Source: a virus. Taken from it: a stretch of DNA of 64,000 nucleotides. Location: the UHGV virus genome UHGV-1350217; one strand, written 5' to 3'. Shown here in pieces: positions 20,671-29,530 of this stretch. The position numbers and the translations under genes were made by a program. Positions within the stretch are counted from its first letter, which is position 1. Every line of letters starts with the position of its first letter. Below the pieces are notes generated by a model that was not told where the DNA came from, ran no database searches, and was given only the letters and a program-made list of their open reading frames with translations.

Positions 20671-21732
20671 TCATTCGCCATCAGACTCATCACTAGAGTC
20701 AAACTTACTATCAAGTGTCTCAGCATTTACGACTATATTTCCTTTCTCAGTAAATACTACTGGTTTCCAATTATAGACTCTCATTAATCTATCAGCTATT
20801 TGTTGTCTGCTAGACGGATTAAATACTTGAAGCTTTAACTTTTGATAAGTACAACCTTCAGTAGTGATAACATCTATAGTTCTAAAAGGTTTATCTCTTA
20901 GAATACCCTTATACTTTACAAATCTACCATTCTTGCCTATAGGGAGCTGATATTTAGGCGTAAAGATACCTAGAGGTTTAGTAGAGTCTAATATTAGCTT
21001 CTTAATACTAGACCTCTTAGGAATTATCACATCACCATCAGCTACTAGCATAGGAGGGAATTGCTTTCTAAGCTTTTGCTCTAAACCTATAGAGTGCATT
21101 TGTAATCTAGCTGATTCTTTTCTAGCTTTATCTATATCAAAATAACAACCATATTCCTGTTGGTCAAAGATAATAGAAGCTACTCTATATTCACACTCTC
21201 TGATAGACTTAGATGGGTATCTTTCTTTCTTGATTAACTCATTATAAAGCATATAAGTTACATCTACATCTCTTTTACAATAAGTCATCATTTCTTGATT
21301 TAATCCATTAGCAAAATCGTCATAATCTAACTTAACTAAACCTAGTCTAAATCCAAAAGCTTTAATGCTATAACTACCATATAAACTAGGAGGTATTACA
21401 GCTCTAGATTTATCAAACTCTGCTAATACGTCTTTAGGTAGAGTAAGCTTAGCATCTATTAGAGTATCTATTAGACTCTTATCTTTAATCTTACCTAATA
21501 GACGTTCTATAATAGGAATATCAAACTTACAGATATTATGACCTATAATTATATCAGCTGAATCTAGTATAGCCTTAGCTTCGTTTAATAAGCCATCTGA
21601 ATTATTTACTTTTTCACAAGTATATATCTTAGTAGGATTACTATCTATCTTTAAGGCTATACACCATATATGCTCTATATTCTTTACTAAGTCCACTAAT
21701 GGACTTGTTTCGATATCAAATACTACCTGCAT
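20671..21732 (-). CDS. Family A DNA polymerase, N-terminal half (3'-5' exonuclease domain plus start of the polymerase domain)
   Basis: Exo I FDIETS, Exo II HNICKFDIPII. C-terminal NPSSRQQIADRL...WKPVVFTEKGNIVVNAETLD aligns with T7 gp5 NPSSRDHIQKKL...WVPTKYTDKGAPVVDDEVLE. Ends with TGA at 20671-20673. Confidence 0.85.
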   Translation of the reverse strand: MQVVFDIETSPLVDLVKNIEHIWCIALKIDSNPTKIYTCEKVNNSDGLLNEAKAILDSADIIIGHNICKFDIPIIERLLGKIKDKSLIDTLIDAKLTLPKDVLAEFDKSRAVIPPSLYGSYSIKAFGFRLGLVKLDYDDFANGLNQEMMTYCKRDVDVTYMLYNELIKKERYPSKSIRECEYRVASIIFDQQEYGCYFDIDKARKESARLQMHSIGLEQKLRKQFPPMLVADGDVIIPKRSSIKKLILDSTKPLGIFTPKYQLPIGKNGRFVKYKGILRDKPFRTIDVITTEGCTYQKLKLQVFNPSSRQQIADRLMRVYNWKPVVFTEKGNIVVNAETLDSKFDSSDESDGE

Positions 21733-22159
21733 AGTTATGAGTTCTATAAGGTCTAATATAAATCACAAAGTTCTTTTCTGTAGCTCTATAGCAATTTATA
21801 ATCTGACATTTATATTTATACTTAGCTAATTCCTCAGCAAATATATTTCTGATTAGCTTAGTAGTATAAGTACTATCACTAACTATAACATCAAATCTAA
21901 TAGACCCCAGTTTCTTTTTACTTTGAGAATAATGCCTAGTAAAGATTTCGATAATACTAGAATTACGTTCTAGTATATCTCTGCATAATATATTCCATTC
22001 TGGCATTTCTACGCTCTTATTTATAATCGTATCTATATAAGTCTGTAAATCTATTCTTGTATCTTTCTCTATACTCTTACTAGGTTTAAACCATAGAAAT
22101 ACGATAGCTACAGAACAGATTATAATCAATACAGCAGGTATTATTACAAAATCACTCAT
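21716..22159 (-). CDS. Hypothetical membrane protein (N-terminal TM helix)
   Basis: IIPAVLIIICSVAIVFLWF hydrophobic segment; 147 aa. Confidence 0.4.
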   Translation of the reverse strand: MSDFVIIPAVLIIICSVAIVFLWFKPSKSIEKDTRIDLQTYIDTIINKSVEMPEWNILCRDILERNSSIIEIFTRHYSQSKKKLGSIRFDVIVSDSTYTTKLIRNIFAEELAKYKYKCQIINCYRATEKNFVIYIRPYRTHNYAGSI

Positions 22160-22309
22160 TTTCTAATCTCCTTTTCGATAATCGAACAATTACAGTCTTT
22201 CATATTTTCTAAGATACTTAGTCTCTTGTACTCTATTACAGTATTAGATATTAAACCTGCAATACCTATAACTAAAATTGTAACTGCAAAATAGAAGTCT
22301 ATATTACCT

Positions 22310-22495
22310 TTAATCATCTTTACTATCCTTTTTGATTGAGCAATTACATTCAGTTAATGTATCTAGAGTTTTCTCTAATACTTTAACTTTTTGATTATTT
22401 ATTACAAGTATTGCAATTACTCCAGCTATAGTTAGTATGAGTAGTGCTCCTAATGTAGAAAAAAGTGCTAGTAAAGCATTATCCATTTCTTTCAT
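22310..22495 (-). CDS. Small membrane protein with a C-terminal CNCSI motif
   Basis: 61 aa with one TM helix. An unlisted neighbour at about 22165-22320 (minus strand, about 52 aa) also has TM plus CNCSI. A 42-aa TM ORF lies at about 22490-22618. Confidence 0.35.
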   Translation of the reverse strand: MKEMDNALLALFSTLGALLILTIAGVIAILVINNQKVKVLEKTLDTLTECNCSIKKDSKDD

Positions 22496-22612
22496 TCCTT
22501 TCCCTTTCTATACGTTTTTTAGTATTATCTATAAACTCATAAAATTTATAAGAGTAATAAACACCACGAACAATCCAGAAAAGCACCATAAATACTAATA
22601 ATACTTCAAATA

Positions 22613-23398
22613 TCATTCTATGCCTTCTACTGTATATAGTTCACTAAGAATATCTTTATAAGTCTCTAGTAATGTCTCTTTAACAAACATAAACTTAATA
22701 CCACTAATAAGCTTCTTATCTAGTTTATGCTTCTTTACTAAAGCTTCTAGATAGTCTTTAATCTCAGCTACTGTCATAGACATAAACTTAACCCTATTTA
22801 CTAGTCCTGGAATATCTTTTAAGTCATCTAAAATAGCTTCTAATTCTCCATAATCATCTTCTGGCTCTAGAGTATGTTCTGTATGATAAAAACCATAACC
22901 AGGAGTACTTCTATAAGCAGGATATACATAAGTCTTAGTATCTAGGTTTTCATCAAAGATACAATCAGTATCTGGTTCATAATCTATAGTATTCCATAAT
23001 TTAGTTAGATTATCAATGAAGTTATTATCTAAGATACTGTCATCAAAGCCATTATAGACTATATAAGGATTACCTTCTATGAACTTAGGCTTTATATCTA
23101 GTATCTTTTCAGCTTCATTAGGTTCAATAGACATATCATTATCTTTAACTATGGCTATACACTTACCTTTACTATAGGTCATAGTATCTCCAACTAAAGT
23201 AGCTAATCTAGCCTCTGTATGCTTTAGCTCTACTCTACCACTATGATGGTCTACAATAGAGCTAACTGATACTATATTCTCACCACTAGCTAATGGAAAT
23301 ACTATTCCAGGTTTAGTTAGGCTAGTATTTAAATCAGTACCACTAAAGGACTGACCATCTACTTGGTCTACACTATTTGTCTTTAGGTATTTTCGCAT
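22613..23398 (-). CDS. Hypothetical protein
   Basis: 261-aa ORF. Confidence 0.45.
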   Translation of the reverse strand: MRKYLKTNSVDQVDGQSFSGTDLNTSLTKPGIVFPLASGENIVSVSSIVDHHSGRVELKHTEARLATLVGDTMTYSKGKCIAIVKDNDMSIEPNEAEKILDIKPKFIEGNPYIVYNGFDDSILDNNFIDNLTKLWNTIDYEPDTDCIFDENLDTKTYVYPAYRSTPGYGFYHTEHTLEPEDDYGELEAILDDLKDIPGLVNRVKFMSMTVAEIKDYLEALVKKHKLDKKLISGIKFMFVKETLLETYKDILSELYTVEGIE

Positions 23399-23927
23399 TT
23401 AATATCCTCTCTGCTAATTGCTTTAATTCAAGGTCTTTCTTAGCTTCTGATATGATTTCTTGAGTAGACTTTCTAAAATCCCATAGAAAGTCTTTAAAAT
23501 CTGATTCCCATAAAGCTCTAACTCTTTGGTCTTTAGTCTTAGACTTCTCAGCTTCCTCTAGGTCTAAGAATACTGCATAGATATTATCTTTATCGTGAAG
23601 TATATATGCTAAGGGTTCAGTTCCTTTATAGACTATAAATACTCTTATAGTATTATCCTCAGAACCTATGAAAAAATCTAGTTTAATTCTAAAGTTATCA
23701 GATACTATAGAATCTAATCTAGATATTAAATCCTTTCTAAGGTTATCTATCTGTTTAATAGATATATCTTTGATAACTATAGCCCTTAGACCAAAATGAT
23801 ATTCTGTCATATCTTTATTCATAGTTAAATTGTCTACTTGACTAGTTTTAGTATCAATAATATCTGATAGAGACATAGTCCAATCTAGGAAAGCCCCATA
23901 GACTTTATCTATTTTATCTACATACAT
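23373..23927 (-). CDS. Hypothetical protein
   Basis: 184-aa ORF. Confidence 0.45.
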   Translation of the reverse strand: MYVDKIDKVYGAFLDWTMSLSDIIDTKTSQVDNLTMNKDMTEYHFGLRAIVIKDISIKQIDNLRKDLISRLDSIVSDNFRIKLDFFIGSEDNTIRVFIVYKGTEPLAYILHDKDNIYAVFLDLEEAEKSKTKDQRVRALWESDFKDFLWDFRKSTQEIISEAKKDLELKQLAERILNAKIPKDK

Positions 23928-23935
23928 ATTAACTC

Positions 23936-24334
23936 CTATGGATGTTTATGGAGAGTATTTAATGGAACTGACTTAAACTCATAATCTTTGAAGTATTGCT
24001 TTAAGATAGGTATAAGCTCTTGTACTTTCATATTATGAAGCTCTTTTACCTCATCAGATACTTTCTCTACATCTGCTAGATTAAAATCTACAGTAGTACT
24101 AGATACTTCCTGAGGATAGTTATAAAATACAGTTGGGATTTGAATGCAAAACTTAGAACCATCTTTAAAGGTCTTTTCTAAGTGTAATGCCCAATAATGT
24201 ACCTGATATTCGTTAGAACTAGCCAACTCTCCTGAATTAACTCTAATAGCTTCTAGAGACTTCTGAGTCCATAGAGTGATGTTTACTACTTTACCATTAG
24301 AGTAATCTACTATTCTTTTTACTAATGAATCCAT
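23936..24334 (-). CDS. Hypothetical protein
   Basis: 132-aa ORF. Confidence 0.45.
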   Translation of the reverse strand: MDSLVKRIVDYSNGKVVNITLWTQKSLEAIRVNSGELASSNEYQVHYWALHLEKTFKDGSKFCIQIPTVFYNYPQEVSSTTVDFNLADVEKVSDEVKELHNMKVQELIPILKQYFKDYEFKSVPLNTLHKHP

Positions 24335-25509
24335 CCTACTTCCTTATATAATTTAAGTGTATTCTCTATACATACTTTAGTCCATATTTTCCATTCTGGA
24401 TGCAAGATAGTATGAGAATAAGCACTATTAGCGTTAGAGATATTAAGAGTTAATAAACCCTCTCTAGTTGTGTTATCAAAATCTCCAGTACATACAGCAT
24501 TACTACCTCTACCTATATTATTACTCATCATAGGAGTCATATGGGTATAACCTTTAACTCCTCTTGTAGTTAAGTATCTTTGTATTTGAGCTACTCCATA
24601 ATATGGAACTACAAAGCCATTAGATAGCATCTGTAAAGGAATATAGACATTCATCTCTGGATTCTCTATAGTCTCTTTATCAGTGTAATATATATAAGCA
24701 TTCTTTACTTGCTTTAATAATTTATCAAATAGGTAATTTAATGGAGCTAAATCTATAGGTTCATTCAGTATAGTTGCCAAATTAGAAGGAACACCTAGAT
24801 AGTTATTAAGAGCGTCTCCAAGCATATCTCTAAGTGTATTATTACCTACTTTAGTATTATTTTCAAAGCAAGCTTTTTTTAGATTTGTAACTCTATCCTC
24901 ATAAAGACTTAAAATCTCATAATAAAGTTTATTAAGTCTTTCTACAACATCAGAAGCTATATTTTCATCATAAGGTTTACTTAGAGAGTAAATACTAGCT
25001 ATATATTTTCTATCAGTAAAAGTATTCATAGATATTAAAGACATAGCTACCATAGGATGAAGTGGATTAAACACTTTACCATTTTCTGTATCTTTAATTA
25101 ATACTCCATATAAAGTACTTTTATCTAAGTTATTTACTTCCTCTAGGATTCTATTAATACTAGACGTAGTAGTGATATTAACTATCTTAGAATCTAATGC
25201 TTTATTATTGTCAAGTAAAACATTATCATTTACTAAATCACTCATATCCTCTGTATAATACTTTGGATATTCTATCCATCTACCTGCTTTTTCTACATTA
25301 AGCCATAAGATTTCATAATTGGTATTAATAGGTAATAGATTCTGAAACAGCTCTTTAGTTCTATCATCTAAACAGTCATAACTAGGTAAACTACCAGTAC
25401 TATTATAGATAAAAGAGACTGTTTTATATAAAAGCTCTATCTTATCTTTAAACATCTCTCGGACTTTATCTAGATATGAATTAAGAAACACATTCTCTAC
25501 GATTGTCAT
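24322..25509 (-). CDS. Hypothetical protein
   Basis: 395-aa ORF with no confident motif. Overlaps the ThiF-like gene by 4 nt, so probably co-translated. Confidence 0.45.
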   Translation of the reverse strand: MTIVENVFLNSYLDKVREMFKDKIELLYKTVSFIYNSTGSLPSYDCLDDRTKELFQNLLPINTNYEILWLNVEKAGRWIEYPKYYTEDMSDLVNDNVLLDNNKALDSKIVNITTTSSINRILEEVNNLDKSTLYGVLIKDTENGKVFNPLHPMVAMSLISMNTFTDRKYIASIYSLSKPYDENIASDVVERLNKLYYEILSLYEDRVTNLKKACFENNTKVGNNTLRDMLGDALNNYLGVPSNLATILNEPIDLAPLNYLFDKLLKQVKNAYIYYTDKETIENPEMNVYIPLQMLSNGFVVPYYGVAQIQRYLTTRGVKGYTHMTPMMSNNIGRGSNAVCTGDFDNTTREGLLTLNISNANSAYSHTILHPEWKIWTKVCIENTLKLYKEVGWIH

Positions 25510-26699
25510 CGTTGCAACTCCTCTAGTGGAAATGTTATATCAGTACTATAATCATTAGTAGTTCCAGTAAAGTTTAGACTAGCTGTATCTAGAGTTTTAT
25601 CGAATAACACTTCATTAGACGCTTCATCTAGGTTATCTCTAGTAGCTAGTATCTTAATAAACTCTACAGTAGCTACTAGACAATTCATAAAGAACTGAGC
25701 TAGTTTAATACTTCCATAAGTCTCTACTTGACTAGCTGTATTAGCTATAGGCTTAGCAATAATAGATACATTATCATTCTGATGCAATAAAGCTAAGAAT
25801 CGTAAGTATTTTTTAGCAAATATTTGCCTAGTCTCAAAATCTGGAGCACCTATATACACACAGTGATAAGGGTCTAGATTTTTGTGATTTATATGTAGAA
25901 ACTCATTAAGTCTAAAGTAGTTATTATGTAGCCTTAAAGAAGTACTAGCTAATGAAACTAATTTACCTCTGTTAATTAAACTTAATTTCCCTATAATTAG
26001 TCTAGTATTATTACTTCTATTTATAATTGAATTATCAGTAAATAGACTAAAAGATTCAGCAGTATTAAGTCTTAGCATATTATTAGCTTCTAATGTTTCT
26101 TGTTCAAAAATACTGATAGAGTGAAAGATATTATTCATATTTAATATCTCACATAGTTCTATTAGATTCTCAAAGACATTACACATCATACCTCCATAAC
26201 CTATAGAGACAATGTCTAGCTTCTTTTTCTTGACTGCTAGTAAGTCTTTTTTAATGTCTTTAAGGTTATAACCTAGATTCTTTAGCTGTTGCTCTAATGG
26301 TATTCTCTTTAGTCTTAGCCATCTTTCAAAGAATCTACTAAGAGTAAAGTCTTTAGTTCTGAATCTCTCTACATATGAAGTCATATCAGCTAATATATTG
26401 CTTTGATATCCTAAGTCTCTAGAGAATATATAAGGTACATAATTATCTAGTAGCAATTTCTTATTCTTTTTATTAAAGACACTATATTTATCCTTCGGAG
26501 CAATGAAAGCATATCTAGTGATAAAACTCATAGATAGATGCTTATTTAGATTATCATCAGAATATCTCTTATTGTTATTTATAATAGAGCTTAAATCAAC
26601 AGTATTTTGAGTTCTCTCTTTTAGACTATTATCAGTTAAATCTTTAGTAGCGTTAGAACATAGAATACCCAACTTATATTTATAGTCGTTTATAGTCAT
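25506..26699 (-). CDS. Putative ThiF/MoeB/E1-like adenylyltransferase-fold protein
   Basis: LDIVSIGYGGMMCNVFENL matches the GxGGxG Rossmann loop of E1-like enzymes. ISIFEQETLEANNMLRL aligns to the MoeB D.D.V..SNLnRQ segment (D to E substitutions). VYIGAPDFETRQ resembles the D.tDN...R motif. About 170-aa N-terminal extension. Confidence 0.4.
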   Translation of the reverse strand: MTINDYKYKLGILCSNATKDLTDNSLKERTQNTVDLSSIINNNKRYSDDNLNKHLSMSFITRYAFIAPKDKYSVFNKKNKKLLLDNYVPYIFSRDLGYQSNILADMTSYVERFRTKDFTLSRFFERWLRLKRIPLEQQLKNLGYNLKDIKKDLLAVKKKKLDIVSIGYGGMMCNVFENLIELCEILNMNNIFHSISIFEQETLEANNMLRLNTAESFSLFTDNSIINRSNNTRLIIGKLSLINRGKLVSLASTSLRLHNNYFRLNEFLHINHKNLDPYHCVYIGAPDFETRQIFAKKYLRFLALLHQNDNVSIIAKPIANTASQVETYGSIKLAQFFMNCLVATVEFIKILATRDNLDEASNEVLFDKTLDTASLNFTGTTNDYSTDITFPLEELQR

Positions 26700-26742
26700 T
26701 TTACTTCCTATATTAAATTAGGGCTATTTCTAGCCCTATGAT

Positions 26743-26903
26743 TATTTGCCACTACCAGCAGCAACTTTAAGAGTAGTGATATCTACCTCGTCTACTTGAA
26801 CGTCATCATCATCTGTAGATTCATCAGTAGAGTTATTATTACTCTCAGCTTGCCTAGTAGCTTGCTCAGCTTTCCTTTGGTCGATAATTTCTTGAATAGT
26901 CAT
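26743..26903 (-). CDS. Unlisted small, highly acidic protein (about 53 aa)
   Basis: ATG at about 26903 reads MTIQEIIDQRKAEQATRQAESNNNSTDESTDDDDVQVDEVDITTLKVAAGSGK. Too short for the ORF track. Coordinates approximate. Confidence 0.3.
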
Positions 26904-27359
26904 TTAGTCCTCCTTTTTAAAAATAGTGATATCAAAAGTGTTTGGCTTGTCAGACTTTCTATCAATTTTAGTCTCTCCACTAGTAGCTAGAATGTTATCA
27001 TCTTTTGCTAATAGGTTTGTAAACTCATTCATAGCTATCTGACCTATCTTAGCTATTTTAAGAGCTGTTGGGTCATTATCAGTTGAGATTCTAATTACGG
27101 TCTTTTTAGTTTTAATATTAGGGAAGTCTGAGTAGACTTTTTCAAAGTCTTGATTAATGATAGTAATTAAACTATCTCCCTGCTTCATAGCCCACTCTGC
27201 TGCTTCCTCAACTGTATCGAAGCTAGCATTAGGCTTAGTATCCTTATCAATGCTAGATGCATTGATATAACCTTTATAAGCTTTAGTAGTATTTTCTTTG
27301 CTATCATCTTTCTTTAAAGTCTCAAGCAATTTTGCTAGAAGTTCCTCCGCTTTTTTCAT
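26904..27359 (-). CDS. Hypothetical protein
   Basis: 151-aa lysine-rich ORF. Confidence 0.45.
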   Translation of the reverse strand: MKKAEELLAKLLETLKKDDSKENTTKAYKGYINASSIDKDTKPNASFDTVEEAAEWAMKQGDSLITIINQDFEKVYSDFPNIKTKKTVIRISTDNDPTALKIAKIGQIAMNEFTNLLAKDDNILATSGETKIDRKSDKPNTFDITIFKKED

Positions 27360-27401
27360 AAATGTCCTTTTTCATTTGCAAATAAAAATAATCAAGATGG
27401 T

Positions 27402-28109
27402 CTATTCACCATCACCTACTAGTACAACCTCCTTTCTCTGTAAGATATCTATATTACAATCTAGTAGTTCTAATAGATAAGTCTTTAATTTATTACTAGC
27501 TATATTTAATAAACTCTTAGAATTAAGCTTTACTTTTAGATTATCTGTTAATTGAATTATCTGATAATCTAAGCTATCAGTCTTATCTGTAATTACTAGA
27601 GTTATATTAGGAGTGTCTAGTTTTATATTAGAGTCTAATGTAATCTCTAGATTCTCTATATTAAATACAGCTCTATCATCTAGAAACTTTTCTTGAATAT
27701 ATTTAAAAGTCTGAATAAATAGAAATAGCTGTAAAATTAGAGATTCGGGATTCTGAATATTTAAAAGTTCATTTGCTGTAGTTCTGTTGATAAAATAATA
27801 GCATCTATTTATACTTGAAAATAAACTACTATTTATAGCATTATATAAAATCTCATCACCATTACCTATAAAAAAGCGTCTATTTAATAAATTTACTTCT
27901 CCTTTAAATCTAGCAATATTTTCAGCTGTATTATCAGTAGCTATTATAGCTACTAGATTATAGTGGTTACATAAATCCTTAGTTATATTTATAGTAGTAT
28001 TTGCAAGACTACCTTCTAATCTATTATACTTCTCTAAGATATACTTTCTAGTCTTTATCAATAGCTCTAACTTCTCTAGTAATTCTCCATAGTATTCCAT
28101 TAAAGTCAT
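27402..28109 (-). CDS. Hypothetical protein
   Basis: 235-aa ORF. Confidence 0.45.
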   Translation of the reverse strand: MTLMEYYGELLEKLELLIKTRKYILEKYNRLEGSLANTTINITKDLCNHYNLVAIIATDNTAENIARFKGEVNLLNRRFFIGNGDEILYNAINSSLFSSINRCYYFINRTTANELLNIQNPESLILQLFLFIQTFKYIQEKFLDDRAVFNIENLEITLDSNIKLDTPNITLVITDKTDSLDYQIIQLTDNLKVKLNSKSLLNIASNKLKTYLLELLDCNIDILQRKEVVLVGDGE

Positions 28110-28119
28110 TTTATAGCCT

Positions 28120-28581
28120 TTAATATAACTGCGATAACTGATTAGATAAATACTTTACTTTTGTTGGAAAGAAGTATCTTTCTATGTCAGATAGTCTATT
28201 ACGAGCTTTAGAGATATTAATATCTCCTATGACTATAACTACTGTAGAACCATACTCATCCTCTTTATCCGTAATAGCTAATGTTGAATATTTATTATCC
28301 GTAACTCTATTACTCAATATAGCTATTTTAAACCCTACAGACTTATAGTAAGTTATTACTATTACTTCTATATCTTTGTCATCCATTATCATTATAAAGT
28401 TATAGAAGTAGTTAAGTAAATCAGCAGACAATGCTCCTGATACTTCTTTATTATCATAGTCTTTAAAGTAATGAACTTCATTTCTATTTTTAGCATCTAT
28501 CTCTAGATACATCTCTTTTATACATCTTGGTATAAGAATTTGGTCTTTAAAATCCATCAATATATCTACTATACTTTTCAT
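28120..28581 (-). CDS. Hypothetical protein
   Basis: 153-aa ORF. Confidence 0.4.
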   Translation of the reverse strand: MKSIVDILMDFKDQILIPRCIKEMYLEIDAKNRNEVHYFKDYDNKEVSGALSADLLNYFYNFIMIMDDKDIEVIVITYYKSVGFKIAILSNRVTDNKYSTLAITDKEDEYGSTVVIVIGDINISKARNRLSDIERYFFPTKVKYLSNQLSQLY

Positions 28582-28937
28582 TTCTTTATCTCCTCGGTAA
28601 ACTCTATATAACCTACTTTTAATATAACTATATCATTCACTAATTCTATAGATATAGATACATTAAAGTCTATACTCACATACTCTAAAGCGTAATTTGC
28701 TATGTTCCATAAAGAGAGAATTATACTAGGGTATTCTAGTGCTAAAGCCCAATTATCTATTATCTTAAACATATCAGTATAAATAATATCGTCAAACTTT
28801 AGTTTAAACTCAAATTGCTTATTACCCTTAACTGACTTAATAGTAATGAATTGAACATCTTTTAAGAAGTTAAAATGAAAATCCTCAACTCTCTTTTTAA
28901 ACCTAGCCTCTATGATTTGCATATCATCCATAGTCAT
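28578..28937 (-). CDS. Hypothetical protein
   Basis: 119-aa ORF. Confidence 0.4.
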   Translation of the reverse strand: MTMDDMQIIEARFKKRVEDFHFNFLKDVQFITIKSVKGNKQFEFKLKFDDIIYTDMFKIIDNWALALEYPSIILSLWNIANYALEYVSIDFNVSISIELVNDIVILKVGYIEFTEEIKK

Positions 28938-29320
28938 CTCTTTAATTCCTTTTCTAGCTGTACTATATGGTCTATAGTTAAGACTATCTTATTCTTATCA
29001 AATAAAACAGAAAAATCTAAAGTAATATCATTAAGATGTATCTTATCTATGACCACATAAGAGTTCATAAATAAATCCCATAGATTTAATACATCTTTAG
29101 CTATATCTCTGTCATAGTTCTCTAGGATGTCTACAACACTATGATAGGTGTATTTACCTGTATGAGGGATTAAAGTTGTAACTCTCTCTTTATTAAATAC
29201 CCTTAGATTTATAGACTTCACAAGGTTATACTCAGTATTGCTGGATACAATCTCACGTATCTTTGGTATATGCTCTTTGAACTTATTAATCATCCAATAT
29301 AAATCACCCTCTGTCAGCAT
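28934..29320 (-). CDS. Hypothetical protein
   Basis: 128-aa ORF; AAGGAG Shine-Dalgarno 7 nt upstream of ATG at 29320. Confidence 0.45.
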   Translation of the reverse strand: MLTEGDLYWMINKFKEHIPKIREIVSSNTEYNLVKSINLRVFNKERVTTLIPHTGKYTYHSVVDILENYDRDIAKDVLNLWDLFMNSYVVIDKIHLNDITLDFSVLFDKNKIVLTIDHIVQLEKELKR

Positions 29321-29530
29321 CTATATACTCCTTATAGAAAAAATTAAAGTGTCTAAGGGAATACACCCTAGACAATTTACACTTCACAAGAGACGCCGAA
29401 GGCGCTAACAATGTGATACTTATTTAAAAGCAAAATAAAGCTCTACAATTGATTGTAATGTCTAGATAGTATCTTTATACTACTAAACTATTATCGTCGA
29501 TTATAGAGCTTGCTAGATATGTCTATGAGG

